Notes: generated by a model from the letters alone, not told the origin. DNA of 64,000 nt from Candidatus Marinacidobacterales bacterium (GCA_965237955.1 OZ250169.1:6240001-6304000), one strand, 5' to 3'. Shown: positions 52,317 through 62,459, counted from the stretch's first letter. Numbers and translations are program-made.

Positions 52317-53627
52317 ATGAGAGCGGTCGATATCCTCCACAAAAAAAGACACGGGCTGGCACTCGAGCGCGACGAGATCGCGTTTCTCGTCGATGGCTTC
52401 ACCGCCGGCGACATTCCCAGCTATCAGATTTCCGCGTTCCTGATGGCGGTGAGCCTCACGGGAATGAACCAGGTGGAGACACGCGCTCTCACCGAAACCA
52501 TGCTGGCGAGCGGCGCCGTTTTGGATCTCTCCGACATTCCCGGCGAGAAAATCGACAAGCACAGCACTGGAGGTGTCGGCGACAAAACGTCGCTCATCAT
52601 CGCCCCTCTCGCGGCAGCCGCGGGTGTCCGCGTTCCCATGATCTCGGGCCGCGCGCTCGGACACTCCGGGGGAACTATCGACAAGCTCGAGGCGATACCA
52701 GGCTTCGACGTTCATCTCGACGAAAAGCGATTCAAGGACGTCGTCGGCTCAATAGGATGCGCGATCATCGGCCAAAGCGAAGACATCGCCCCCGCGGATC
52801 GAAAGCTCTACGCTCTGCGTGACGTCACCGCAACCATCGAGAGCCTTCCTTTGATCACCGGCAGCATCCTCTCGAAAAAGCTCGCCGAAGGTATCTCGGG
52901 TCTCGTCCTCGACGTGAAGTTTGGAAGCGGTGCGTTCATGAAAACGATCGACGAGGCGCGCGCCCTCGCGGATCTCCTTCTCGATACCGCAACGCACATG
53001 GGGAAGAAAGCCACAGCTCTCCTCACCGATATGAATCAACCGCTCGGCAACTACGTCGGAAACGCGCTCGAGGTGGAAGAATCCATCGCCGTTCTCAGCG
53101 GTGACGGAGCGGCCGATCTCACCGCCCTGTCGGTGACGTTGACCGCCCACATGCTCGTTCTCGGTGGAGTGGCGGCTGACGCCGAGGAAGGCGCAGAGAA
53201 AGCCGAGCGCGTGCTCGCCTCCGGGCAGGGTCTCGAGAAGTTTCACGAGCTCGTGAACGCTCAAGGCGGGGACGCGAGTCGGTTGCCGCGCGCCAAGCGG
53301 CGGAAGATCCTCGAAGCTCCCCGAGCGGGCTATGTAGCAACGATCGCAACCGAAACAATAGGGCGCGCGGCCATGATGCTCGGGGCCGGGCGCGAGACGG
53401 TGGACGACACCATCGATCCCGGCGCCGGGCTCGTCGTGCACAAAAAGCTCGGAGACGAGGTCGCTTCCGGTGAGCCCCTGGTCACGCTTCACTTCAACGA
53501 CGAGTCGAACCTCGCCGAAGTCGAGAAGCTCGTGGCCCACGCGTACCAGATCTCAGATACTGCCCTTGCCGTGAGTGAGCTCGAGCTCGTACGTGCCGTT
53601 CTCACTCCGCTCGAAAGGAAGGCTTGA
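52317..53627 (+). CDS. pdp: Pyrimidine-nucleoside/thymidine phosphorylase
   Basis: DKHSTGGVGDK, SGRALGHSGGT, LYALRDVT. Confidence 0.94.
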   Translation: MRAVDILHKKRHGLALERDEIAFLVDGFTAGDIPSYQISAFLMAVSLTGMNQVETRALTETMLASGAVLDLSDIPGEKIDKHSTGGVGDKTSLIIAPLAAAAGVRVPMISGRALGHSGGTIDKLEAIPGFDVHLDEKRFKDVVGSIGCAIIGQSEDIAPADRKLYALRDVTATIESLPLITGSILSKKLAEGISGLVLDVKFGSGAFMKTIDEARALADLLLDTATHMGKKATALLTDMNQPLGNYVGNALEVEESIAVLSGDGAADLTALSVTLTAHMLVLGGVAADAEEGAEKAERVLASGQGLEKFHELVNAQGGDASRLPRAKRRKILEAPRAGYVATIATETIGRAAMMLGAGRETVDDTIDPGAGLVVHKKLGDEVASGEPLVTLHFNDESNLAEVEKLVAHAYQISDTALAVSELELVRAVLTPLERKA

Positions 53628-54826
53628 TGGAGCGCTACATCGGAATCCTGGGCCTCGTCGTCATCCTCGGCATCGCGTACGCCGCCTCGCTCGATCGAAA
53701 GGCCATCAAGCCGCGCATCATCGTGTGGGGCCTTGTCCTCCAGTTTACCTTCGCCCTGTCCGTGATGAAAATTCCCGTCGGCATGGCGAGTCTGAGCGGT
53801 CTGGCCACGGCCACCAACGGGTTGATGAACAAGGCGAACGCCGGCGCCGAGTTCATTTTCGGCGATCTGGCCACGACTGATAACCTCGGCTTCATCTTCG
53901 TCGTCAAAGCGCTCCCCATCATTATTTTTCTATCGTCGCTCTTCTCCATCCTTTACTACGTTGGCGTGTTGCAACTAATCGTGCGCGTGATGGCGAAAGT
54001 GATGGTGCGGACGATGGGCACGAGCGGAGCCGAATCCCTCGCCACCGCCGCGAACGTCTTCATGGGGCAAACCGAAGCGCCTCTCGTCATCGCCCCCTAC
54101 ATCGACAAGATGACGTACTCCGAGGTCGCGTTGGTGATGATCGGCGGCATGGCGACGATCTCCGGCGCAGTACTCGGGGTGTACATCGGCTTCGGCGCCC
54201 AGGCGGAGTTTCTTCTCGCCGCGAGCATCATGAACGCGCCCGCCGCAATCGTGATGGCCAAGATGCTGGTCCCCGAGACCGGCGAGCCTCTCACCCGGGG
54301 CGAGGTCAAGCTCAAGCTCGAACGCAAAGAGGTCAACATCATCGACGCGGCCGCCCGTGGCGCCGGAGCTGGGATGACGCTATCGCTCAACATCGCCGCG
54401 ATGCTCATCGCGTTCGTCTCGCTCATCGCTCTCGTCAACTGGCCTCTTCAATATTTAGGGACATCCCTCGAGCAGATCTTTGCTTTGGTGTTCGCCCCGC
54501 TTGCCTACTTGATGGGTGTCCCCTGGAACGAGTCCGGCGTCGTTGGCAATCTCATCGGACAGAAAGTGATCGTCAACGAGTTCGTCGCCTACCAATCGCT
54601 CGGAGTGCTCAAGGCCGCCGGTGAGATCTCTGCGCGCGCGGAGCTCATCACGACGTACGCGCTCTGTGGCTTTGCCAACATCGCGTCGATCGCGATCCAG
54701 ATCGGCGGCATCGGCGGACTGGCACCGACTCGGAAGCCCGACCTCGCGCGCCTCGGCATGCGCGCGCTCCTAGGCGGTTCCCTGGCAACATTCATGACCG
54801 CCTCCATCGCGGGTCTACTGAACTAA
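53627..54826 (+). CDS. nupC: NupC-family concentrative nucleoside transporter
   Basis: GQTEAPL, NEFVAY, LCGFAN motifs. Confidence 0.92.
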   Translation: MERYIGILGLVVILGIAYAASLDRKAIKPRIIVWGLVLQFTFALSVMKIPVGMASLSGLATATNGLMNKANAGAEFIFGDLATTDNLGFIFVVKALPIIIFLSSLFSILYYVGVLQLIVRVMAKVMVRTMGTSGAESLATAANVFMGQTEAPLVIAPYIDKMTYSEVALVMIGGMATISGAVLGVYIGFGAQAEFLLAASIMNAPAAIVMAKMLVPETGEPLTRGEVKLKLERKEVNIIDAAARGAGAGMTLSLNIAAMLIAFVSLIALVNWPLQYLGTSLEQIFALVFAPLAYLMGVPWNESGVVGNLIGQKVIVNEFVAYQSLGVLKAAGEISARAELITTYALCGFANIASIAIQIGGIGGLAPTRKPDLARLGMRALLGGSLATFMTASIAGLLN

Positions 54827-54870
54827 TAGGGTGATGAAAGACTGAAAATGCTGATGACGCGGAAAAAAAA

Positions 54871-54973
54871 CAACGCAAAGTCGCAGGGACGCAAAGACGC
54901 AAAGGGGTTGGTTCACTTCGCTTCACTCGACTCGCTTTCTTTGCGCCTCCGCGTCTTGGCGTCTTTGCGTTTG
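54871..54973. repeat. Octamer (ACGCAAAG) palindromic element, copy 3
   Basis: caacgcaaagtcgcagggacgcaaagacgcaaag ... ctttgcgcctccgcgtcttggcgtctttgcgtttg. Confidence 0.85.
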
Positions 54974-55013
54974 TTTTTGGGAATCACAGGCACGCACTCT
55001 CTCTAGACAAGAC

Positions 55014-55844
55014 ATGAACATCGTCGCGAACATTCGAGAAGCCGCCACGTTCGTCGGCTCGAAAACGAAGCTTCGGCCGTCAATCGGGATCGTGCTCGGC
55101 TCGGGGCTAGGCGGTTTTACTGACTCGCTCACCGGCGCCACCGAACTCCCCTACGAGGAGATCCCCCATTTCCCGCGCTCGAGCGTGACCGGGCACAAGG
55201 GACGTCTTCTCGCGGGCACGTTCAAAGGCGTTCCGTTGTTCGTCATGTCCGGGCGCGTCCATGCTTATGAAGGCTATGCGGCGCAGGATGTAGTCTTCCC
55301 CGCGCGTGTCCTCGGCACCCTCGGTGTGAAAGTGTTGATATTGACGAACGCTGCCGGCGCGGTGAATACGGCGTTCTCACCGGGCGAGCTCATGATCATC
55401 ACCGATCACATCAACTTGACAGGACTCAATCCCCTCCTCGGTCCGGAGCTCACCGAGCTCGGACAACGTTTCACCGACTTGAGCTCCGCGTACGATACCA
55501 AGCTCGCCGAAACTTGTGACCAGGCGGCGCGGCGGATCGGGCTGAACTTGAGAAAAGGAGTCTACGCCGGCTTTCTCGGACCGAGCTTCGAAACGCCGGC
55601 CGAGATCAGGATGGTCCGCACCCTCGGCGCCGACGCCGTCGGAATGTCGACGGTGCTCGAGACGATCGCGGCCAAGCATATGGGAGTTCGGGTGCTCGGA
55701 ATCTCATGCATGACCAATATGGCGGCCGGCATCCTGCCCCAAAAGATCAATCACGTCGAAGTCATGGAGATTGGACGGCAGGTACACTCCGTATTCATCG
55801 AGCTTTTGGCGTCAATGCTTCCCGCTCTCCACAAACAAGCGTAG
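55014..55844 (+). CDS. punA: Purine-nucleoside phosphorylase (trimeric type)
   Basis: LGSGLG, GRVHAYEG, GPSFETPAE, VGMSTV. Confidence 0.93.
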   Translation: MNIVANIREAATFVGSKTKLRPSIGIVLGSGLGGFTDSLTGATELPYEEIPHFPRSSVTGHKGRLLAGTFKGVPLFVMSGRVHAYEGYAAQDVVFPARVLGTLGVKVLILTNAAGAVNTAFSPGELMIITDHINLTGLNPLLGPELTELGQRFTDLSSAYDTKLAETCDQAARRIGLNLRKGVYAGFLGPSFETPAEIRMVRTLGADAVGMSTVLETIAAKHMGVRVLGISCMTNMAAGILPQKINHVEVMEIGRQVHSVFIELLASMLPALHKQA

Positions 55845-55854
55845 CGGAGATCTC

Positions 55855-56250
55855 ATGAGGGAAGCACCCGAGGACCTCGTGGAAGCGGCCACCGCGGTAA
55901 GGGAGAACGCAATCGCCACGTTTTCCAAGTTCAAAGTCGGCTCGGCCCTTAGGACCGACAAAGGCACCGTCTACACCGGCTGCAACGTAGAGAACGCAAC
56001 CCTCGGCCTCACCGTGTGCGCCGAACGCGTTGCTCTTTGGAAGGCACTCTCGGAGGGCGAGCGGGCATTCACCGAGATCGCCGTCGTCACCGCAGCGGAG
56101 AGACCCACCCCACCCTGCGGCGCCTGCCGCCAACTACTATGGGAGTTCTGTGGCGACATTCCCGTCTACATGGTGAGTACGTTGGGAAAGCGAGCAACGC
56201 TTCTGCTGAGTGAGCTCGTTCCGTACGCTTTTGATAAGCGTGATCTTTGA
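55855..56250 (+). CDS. cdd: Cytidine deaminase
   Basis: GCNVEN, CAER, PCGACRQ; start re-set to ATG after GGAG. Confidence 0.93.
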   Translation: MREAPEDLVEAATAVRENAIATFSKFKVGSALRTDKGTVYTGCNVENATLGLTVCAERVALWKALSEGERAFTEIAVVTAAERPTPPCGACRQLLWEFCGDIPVYMVSTLGKRATLLLSELVPYAFDKRDL

Positions 56251-56269
56251 TCCAGCGTCCAGTCAACAA

Positions 56270-56782
56270 CTACTTCACAACTGCCACATAAGGCAATTCC
56301 CGATACCGTTGGTCGTCGTCCAAACCGTAACCGACCACGAAACGATCCGGTATCTCGAAGCCGATGTAGTCCACCGGGACATCGATTTGTCTTCGTGAAG
56401 GCTTCGACAAGAACGCGGCGACTTTCAGCGACGCTGGCGGGCGCGAGCGCAGCATCGTCAACAAGTAGTTCAATGTCAGCCCGGTGTCGGCGATGTCTTC
56501 GACAACGATCACGTCTCGTCCCGCGAGCGACACGTCGAGATCCTTGGTCAGCTGCACTTCCCCGCTCGATGTCTTGCCTTTGCCGTAGGACGACACCGCG
56601 AGGAAATCCATGGTGACCGGAATTTCCATGGCGCGAAAGAGATCCGCGAGAAACGTGTACGCGCCCTTGAGAACGCACACGAAGTGGACGGTCTTACCCT
56701 GATAGTGGCCGCTGATCTCTTTGCCTAGCTCGCGGACCCGAGCGGCGATCGCTTCTTCGGAGATGAGGATCTCGAACGCCAT
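56270..56782 (-). CDS. hpt: Hypoxanthine phosphoribosyltransferase
   Basis: VLKGA, VEDIADTGLT, FVVGYGLD. Confidence 0.94.
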   Translation of the reverse strand: MAFEILISEEAIAARVRELGKEISGHYQGKTVHFVCVLKGAYTFLADLFRAMEIPVTMDFLAVSSYGKGKTSSGEVQLTKDLDVSLAGRDVIVVEDIADTGLTLNYLLTMLRSRPPASLKVAAFLSKPSRRQIDVPVDYIGFEIPDRFVVGYGLDDDQRYRELPYVAVVK

Positions 56783-56794
56783 CTACCAACGGAT

Positions 56795-57742
56795 TCAGCT
56801 CATGGCGCTTCTCGCCCAGAAGCCCTCGCCGAACGTAACGGTGATGATGCCCCAAGCCTCGACCGGCTTGCCTTCTTTGAGAGCCGGCTTCCAACGGAAG
56901 AGCTTCGCGTTCTCCTTCGCGGACTCGACGCAGCCGTACCGGAGCGACTTGATCACGCCGGTCACTTGAGTCGACCCGTCGAGCTTTACCAGGATTCGGA
57001 GAATGACTTCGCCGCTCACCATCTTCTCTTTCGCCGAGGGCGGGTACACAGGGTCGGGTGGCTTGAACACGAGAATCGGGTCGATGTCCCACGCGCCCGG
57101 AGAGAAGTCTCCACCGCCGAATCCACCGCCGCGACCGGGACCCACACCCCAGCCTTCGCCGCCTCCCACGCCGGTACCGTCACCGCCGCCGATACCGGCC
57201 TCGGTGCCGGCACTCACCGTGGTGTCGAGGCCGCCGAAGTCGCGAGAATCCGTTAGCGACAGCCCCGGAAACTCCCGTTCGTCCGGGGAGAATATACCTT
57301 CGAAGAGAAGGTCCGTCTCCGTCGGCAAGTCGGGTATGTTGAGCTCATCGAAATTCAGCTGCGGAGGCTTTCGGGGTGCGACCGGCGCTTGCCGCAGCTC
57401 GGGCTCTTCTGCCTCCGGTTCGGAAGGTTCGTCGCGGACCGGAATAAACGCGGTAATGCGATCACCGTGATCGCCGCCGCCACCGCCGCCGCCGCCCTGT
57501 CCTGAGCCGCCTGGAATCCAGAAGCGAACGATAACCTCCCCAGGAATGAAAGGCTCGTCCCACAACCACTTCGCGAGCGGACCGACGATCATCAGCAAAA
57601 GAACGAGAAAATGAGCTAAACTTGATGACCCAAACCACTTCCGGTGACGGTCCCACTTGAGCTTGAGCGTACCCTCCTCGGAGAGACGCACCATCCCAGC
57701 GAAAAACTCAGGTTTCCTGTGCATGTCGCCCGCGTCACCCAT
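56795..57742 (-). CDS. Energy transducer TonB family protein with Gly-rich linker
   Basis: SSLAH TM, Gly-rich stretch, PVYPPSA...GEVILRILV...WKPALKEGKPV. Confidence 0.8.
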   Translation of the reverse strand: MGDAGDMHRKPEFFAGMVRLSEEGTLKLKWDRHRKWFGSSSLAHFLVLLLMIVGPLAKWLWDEPFIPGEVIVRFWIPGGSGQGGGGGGGGDHGDRITAFIPVRDEPSEPEAEEPELRQAPVAPRKPPQLNFDELNIPDLPTETDLLFEGIFSPDEREFPGLSLTDSRDFGGLDTTVSAGTEAGIGGGDGTGVGGGEGWGVGPGRGGGFGGGDFSPGAWDIDPILVFKPPDPVYPPSAKEKMVSGEVILRILVKLDGSTQVTGVIKSLRYGCVESAKENAKLFRWKPALKEGKPVEAWGIITVTFGEGFWARSAMS

Positions 57743-57846
57743 TGCCGCCTAAATGTTAGCACGGCGTAGAAATGATCGCCCATTATGGACCCGATTTCTT
57801 CGGTGAGGCTTGCAACCACAACCTGGTGCGTCATAGATTGAACACC

Positions 57847-58488
57847 GTGGCCGAAACAAAACGCCGCATCCTTACGGGTGAAGACGTCCAAGCAATCCCG
57901 GAAGGAGGCATCCTCGACGTCGCTCCGGGAACGGTGCTCACCGATGTCGCGCGCGAATGGATCACGAAGCGCAAGATTCGTGTCGTCGAACAAACGAGCG
58001 AACAAACGAGCGCTCGCGACGCGATCGAGGTCGCGCGCGTCGCCATCGGCTCGGACCACGGTGGTTTCGATATGAAAGAATCGCTCAAGGGGTACTTGGA
58101 CGAGCTTTCCGCGACTTTCGTCGACTACGGTACCTATTCCAAGGAGTCCGTCGACTATCCGGACTTCGCGCACGCGGTGGCGCTCGCGGTGGCCGTCGGC
58201 CACGCGCGCCAGGGCATCGTCATCGATGGCGCCGGCATCGGCTCGGCCATCGCCGCCAACAAAGTCCCCGGGATCCGCGCGGGCGCGTGCTACCAGGAGG
58301 CGGGCGCCAGAAACGCGCGCGAGCACAATGACATCAACGTCCTGACGCTGGGCTCGACGCTCATGCCGCCGGAAAAACTCAGACCGATCGTCCACATCTT
58401 TCTGACCGCGCAGCATACCGAGTCGCGTCACAAAAACCGCGTCGCCAAGATCATGGACGTGGAAAAAAGGTACTATCGCAAACTATGA
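57847..58488 (+). CDS. rpiB: Ribose-5-phosphate isomerase B with N-terminal BMC-associated extension
   Basis: [30 protein letters not shown]; catalytic Cys position is Asp (IDGAGIG). Confidence 0.88.
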   Translation: MAETKRRILTGEDVQAIPEGGILDVAPGTVLTDVAREWITKRKIRVVEQTSEQTSARDAIEVARVAIGSDHGGFDMKESLKGYLDELSATFVDYGTYSKESVDYPDFAHAVALAVAVGHARQGIVIDGAGIGSAIAANKVPGIRAGACYQEAGARNAREHNDINVLTLGSTLMPPEKLRPIVHIFLTAQHTESRHKNRVAKIMDVEKRYYRKL

Positions 58489-59345
58489 CGTGGGATCTGG
58501 ATCGACTCACCGAGCTCGTGACCGATGCGGTCATTGCTCAGCTCCGGGCCCAGCTCGGGGCCCAATCCGGTTTGGCCGAGCCCCCATGCGCGTGCCACCA
58601 TCTCAGCCCAGGCCAATGCCCCGATGTCATGCGGCCTCTCGTCGAGCGCGGCGCCGAAAGGTTCGGGCTGACCGCGTCGGCGCCCCACGCCGGGCTATCC
58701 GCGCTTATCGACCACACGCTCTTGAAACCCGACGCGACCGAAGAACAGATTCGAAAACTGTGCGCGGAGGCAGCCGAGTACAAGTTCGCGACGGTATGCA
58801 TCCAGCCCACGTGGGTGCGCTTCGCCGCCCGTCTGCTTCATGGAACCGGCGTTGGTGTGTGCACCGTCGCCGGGTTCCCGCTCGGCGCGAACACTCCCGA
58901 CGTCAAAGCCTACGAGACCCGCCGTGCGGTTTTCGACGGTGCAACGGAAGTCGACATGGTCATCAATATCGGCGCTCTCAAATCGCGCGATTACCAAACG
59001 GTGGAAGACGATATCCGCGGCGTCGTTCGTGCCTGTCGTGAAGGCGGAGCGTTGAGCAAAGTGATTATCGAGGCCGCTCTCCTCGACGACGATGAGAAAG
59101 TGAAAGCATCTACCCTCGCGGCGGCCGCGGGGGCGGACTTCGTCAAAACGTCTACCGGGTTCGGCCCCGGAGGCGCCACGGTGGAGGACGTCGCTCTCAT
59201 GCGACAAGTCGTCGGAGAGAACATGGGAGTCAAGGCCGCGAGCGGCGTTCGCGATCGCGCCACCGCAAAACAGATGGTGCAAGCCGGCGCTACTCGCATC
59301 GGCGCGAGCGCGGGGATTCGTATCGTTAAGGAAACCGAGCTATAA
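58485..59345 (+). CDS. deoC: Deoxyribose-phosphate aldolase with N-terminal encapsulation-peptide-like helix
   Basis: [28 protein letters not shown]; extra ~70-aa N-terminus. Confidence 0.93.
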   Translation: MTWDLDRLTELVTDAVIAQLRAQLGAQSGLAEPPCACHHLSPGQCPDVMRPLVERGAERFGLTASAPHAGLSALIDHTLLKPDATEEQIRKLCAEAAEYKFATVCIQPTWVRFAARLLHGTGVGVCTVAGFPLGANTPDVKAYETRRAVFDGATEVDMVINIGALKSRDYQTVEDDIRGVVRACREGGALSKVIIEAALLDDDEKVKASTLAAAAGADFVKTSTGFGPGGATVEDVALMRQVVGENMGVKAASGVRDRATAKQMVQAGATRIGASAGIRIVKETEL

Positions 59346-59939
59346 GAGCTTGAGCGCCAACGCGTAGTCCTCGGGCGTGTCGATGTCGAAGCACACGCCG
59401 GCATCGTCGACCGGAACGGCGAGCGCCTCGAAACGATGCGCGTCGAGCAGGGATTTGGCACCGCGGTCCCCCTCGACGCCAGACAGCTCATCGACGAGCG
59501 CGGCATCCCAGAGGACTGGATGTCCTTGCTGCCCGCGATACACGGGGTAGACCACTTTGGCGTCACCTTCTTCGGCCACGGCTTCGAACACATCGAGGAG
59601 TTTGCGGATCGTCTCGGGTTTCACCAAGGGTTTGTCGGCGAGGGCGACGAGCACGACGCGCGTCGCGTTGGGTAGACCCCGGAGCCCCACCCGCAACGAG
59701 CTCGAAATTCCCTCGTCGCGGTTGGGATTCCGAATGACTTCGAGGCTTTTCGTTGCAGCCAGGGCTCTTGGACCGAGCGCCGAGCCGGGCGGAACGACCA
59801 ACCGCACGCGATCCACGGACCCGTCCAACAGATTTTGAACGCTTCGCTCTACCAGCGTCATACCCCCGAGCTCGAGCTCGAGCTTTGGCCGTCCCATGCG
59901 GCGAGACGCGCCCGCCGCGAGCACAATCGCAACGCGCAT
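59340..59939 (-). CDS. mocA: Molybdenum cofactor cytidylyltransferase-like nucleotidyltransferase
   Basis: [30 protein letters not shown]. Confidence 0.82.
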   Translation of the reverse strand: MRVAIVLAAGASRRMGRPKLELELGGMTLVERSVQNLLDGSVDRVRLVVPPGSALGPRALAATKSLEVIRNPNRDEGISSSLRVGLRGLPNATRVVLVALADKPLVKPETIRKLLDVFEAVAEEGDAKVVYPVYRGQQGHPVLWDAALVDELSGVEGDRGAKSLLDAHRFEALAVPVDDAGVCFDIDTPEDYALALKLL

Positions 59940-59943
59940 CGTT

Positions 59944-60738
59944 CTAATCGCTCGACACCCGCATGCGATAGAAGCACTCGTTGGGCTTCAGGGCTTCGCC
60001 GAAAACGACTTCGGAGACACCGCCCCTGAGCAGTCTCTCGCCGAGACGCTCGGCCGCGAGCAAACGATAGTCACTCGCTTTGTTCAAGAACACCGCATGC
60101 CGACTCCCCTTCGGGAGCTTCGGTAGATAACCCTTGATCACGGCGGCGGCAATGACGCCTTCGGTGACCTCCATTCCCGGGGCGGTGCCGGAAAGACTGG
60201 TGACGACCTCGAGGCGGTGCACTTGATCCTCATCGAGACGCTGGTCGAGAACGTCCAGTCCGACGAGGATGATCGATAGCGTGGTTTCCTCGGGAATCAT
60301 AGGCTCGTGTTGTGCCGGAGCCTTGAGGGAGCGGTTACGAGCACCGTCGGCCTCGATGACGACGCAATCCGCAAGGCTTCGTAGCGGATCCACCATCACC
60401 AGCTCGACGCCTTCGAGCTTGTCATCGCGACCACGTTTCTGAATGACAGTGACCGAGCCGTAACGAGCAAGGCGGGCCTTCACCGTGGTGAGCCAGTTCT
60501 CCTCGTCGCCGACGACGACAAGTGGCGGTGTCGTCGTCGCGGCAACCGGCATTTGCATGTGAGTCGTCGACGTCACGACAACGCTCAACCCACGCTTGCG
60601 CAGCTCGGTGGCAAGGGCATAGAGAACGGTCGTTTTGCCGCCCGCTCCGACGAGACTTACGACGTCGCCCGCGCCCACCGAAAGTGCGTCGACGAGGCCG
60701 AATCCGGAGTCGATCTCGATCTTGGTTGTCTGACTCAT
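59944..60738 (-). CDS. yqeC: Selenium-dependent hydroxylase accessory protein YqeC
   Basis: SLVGAGGKTT, TSTTHM, IEADGA...LKAP..HEPMIP; adjacent to mocA. Confidence 0.88.
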   Translation of the reverse strand: MSQTTKIEIDSGFGLVDALSVGAGDVVSLVGAGGKTTVLYALATELRKRGLSVVVTSTTHMQMPVAATTTPPLVVVGDEENWLTTVKARLARYGSVTVIQKRGRDDKLEGVELVMVDPLRSLADCVVIEADGARNRSLKAPAQHEPMIPEETTLSIILVGLDVLDQRLDEDQVHRLEVVTSLSGTAPGMEVTEGVIAAAVIKGYLPKLPKGSRHAVFLNKASDYRLLAAERLGERLLRGGVSEVVFGEALKPNECFYRMRVSSD

Positions 60739-60776
60739 GTGCCTAAAGGGTAGTATAGGTCGTTCGGCAGGGAACA

Positions 60777-61496
60777 ATGCACATCACCGTTTGGGCTCTT
60801 CTTGCGCTCGTCGTCATGTCGCCCTTCGGGGAGTGGGCCACCCGATGCACGAGACAGGAAGACTACGTGCACGAGCGCGAGGCGATGGTGCGCGATCAGC
60901 TCGAAGCGCGCGACATCGATGACCCGGCAGTGCTCGAAGCGATGGGAGCCGTGCGCCGTCACGAGTTCGTGCCCGCGATGCTCAAGACGCGCGCCTATGC
61001 AGACCACCCACTACCCATCGGCAATCAACAAACGATTTCGCAGCCTTACATCGTCGCGCTCATGACCCAGCTCGCCGAGGTCTCCGCGAACGACGTCGTT
61101 CTAGAAGTGGGGACCGGCTCCGGCTACCAGGCTGCGGTGCTGGCCGAGATCGTGGACCAGGTCTACACCATCGAGATCATCTCTGAGCTAGCAGCCAGCG
61201 CACAGGAGCGTTTGACATCGCTTGGGTACGACAACGTGAGCGTCAGAGCAGGCGATGGCTACCTCGGCTGGGAAGAGAAAGCTCCGTTCGACGCGATACT
61301 CGTCACCGCGGCAGCGCCGGAGGTCCCGCCCCCGCTCGTGGAGCAGCTGAAGCGGGGAGGCATCATGATCATTCCAATAGGACCGCGGTCCCAAGTCCAG
61401 AGCCTGCGCCGCATCCAAAAAGCCGAAGACGGATCGACGACGAATGAAGAAGTGATCCCCGTCGTGTTCGTACCACTGACGCGCGAAGTCCGTTAG
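60777..61496 (+). CDS. pcm: Protein-L-isoaspartate O-methyltransferase
   Basis: QTISQPYIV, VLEVGTGSGYQAA, APFDAILVTAA. Confidence 0.93.
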   Translation: MHITVWALLALVVMSPFGEWATRCTRQEDYVHEREAMVRDQLEARDIDDPAVLEAMGAVRRHEFVPAMLKTRAYADHPLPIGNQQTISQPYIVALMTQLAEVSANDVVLEVGTGSGYQAAVLAEIVDQVYTIEIISELAASAQERLTSLGYDNVSVRAGDGYLGWEEKAPFDAILVTAAAPEVPPPLVEQLKRGGIMIIPIGPRSQVQSLRRIQKAEDGSTTNEEVIPVVFVPLTREVR

Positions 61497-61502
61497 AAGC
61501 GA

Positions 61503-61533
61503 GCTGATGGCCGACGGCTGATGGCCGATGGCG
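61503..61533. repeat. Heptamer array (GCYGAYG)x4 between convergent genes
   Basis: gctgatg gccgacg gctgatg gccgatg. Confidence 0.8.
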
Positions 61534-61536
61534 GAC

Positions 61537-61821
61537 CTAATCAACCACTTCCACATCCCGCCAAAACGCCACATAACCCTCGATCCGTTTAGCGGCGTCC
61601 TTCGCCTCCGGGTAATACCACGCGGCGTCCACACTTTGCTGGCCGTTGGCAGAGACGGTGTAGTAGCTCGCCGTGCCCTTCCACGGACACACGGTCTGGG
61701 TCTCGCTCGATGTAAGGAACTCTTTTTTCACGGAGTCCGGCGGAAAATAGTGATTCCCCTCCACCACTTCAGTCGCGTCGGACTCCGCAATCACGGTACC
61801 GTTCCAAATCGCTTTCGGCAT
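61537..61821 (-). CDS. DUF427 family protein
   Basis: IAES, EGNHYFP, CPWKGTASYY, AAWYYP. Confidence 0.9.
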   Translation of the reverse strand: MPKAIWNGTVIAESDATEVVEGNHYFPPDSVKKEFLTSSETQTVCPWKGTASYYTVSANGQQSVDAAWYYPEAKDAAKRIEGYVAFWRDVEVVD

Positions 61822-61840
61822 GTCGTTCCTCCATTTTGAT

Positions 61841-61869
61841 TTGCTTCGGATCCGACCCCTTGCTATCCT
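61841..61869 (+). promoter_or_regulatory. sigma70-type promoter
   Basis: TTGCTT-N17-TATCCT with TG extension. Confidence 0.55.
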
Positions 61870-61893
61870 CGTTTGCCGAGTGTGTCATCCACT

Positions 61894-62421
61894 ATGAAAC
61901 ATCACATCGCATCGGCGGCCGTACTTCTCTCGAGTCTCTTGGTACTCTCCTGTGGGGACAGCGGACCGTCACGCCCGACTACGACCACCTCCACCACTGC
62001 CACGACCGCGCCGCCGGTCTCTCGATTCGAGATCAAAACGCTGCTGACTGTCTATCGTAACGCGGCGTCGCTCGCCGAGTTCACCGAGGGAACAACGACC
62101 AACGAAGACCTCGGCAAAACGATACTCGGCGTCGACGAGCTCAGCCCCGGCACCACGGTCTTGGACAACGAAGAAAAGCGCCGCGAGCTTCAAGATGCGA
62201 TCGAGCGTATCAACGAGCAATTCTCCGACGCCAACTTCCAGGCTGCCTTCGGCGAGAGCCGGGCAAACCTGCGGCGTTTCTTCAACGACGCCGACAACGA
62301 TGGCTGGGCGGTCGACGGGCGTCACGGCGAAGGCCGTGATTGGCCCCACGACGGACGCGGCAACGGCAACGACCCGGACGGCTGGACAGCCCAGATGATC
62401 GTGACCGTCACGCGCCGCTAG
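61894..62421 (+). CDS. Hypothetical lipoprotein
   Basis: Lipobox VLSC, Thr-rich linker, Asp/Gly-rich C-terminal domain. Confidence 0.7.
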   Translation: MKHHIASAAVLLSSLLVLSCGDSGPSRPTTTTSTTATTAPPVSRFEIKTLLTVYRNAASLAEFTEGTTTNEDLGKTILGVDELSPGTTVLDNEEKRRELQDAIERINEQFSDANFQAAFGESRANLRRFFNDADNDGWAVDGRHGEGRDWPHDGRGNGNDPDGWTAQMIVTVTRR

Positions 62422-62459
62422 ATTCCGCCCGTCTCTGCCCCCGCCGACGTCAACGACCT

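Noticed and set aside
57090-57500. Gly-rich and GGC-repeat DNA in the TonB gene
   Set aside because: Coding low-complexity linker typical of this protein type, not a separate repeat element.
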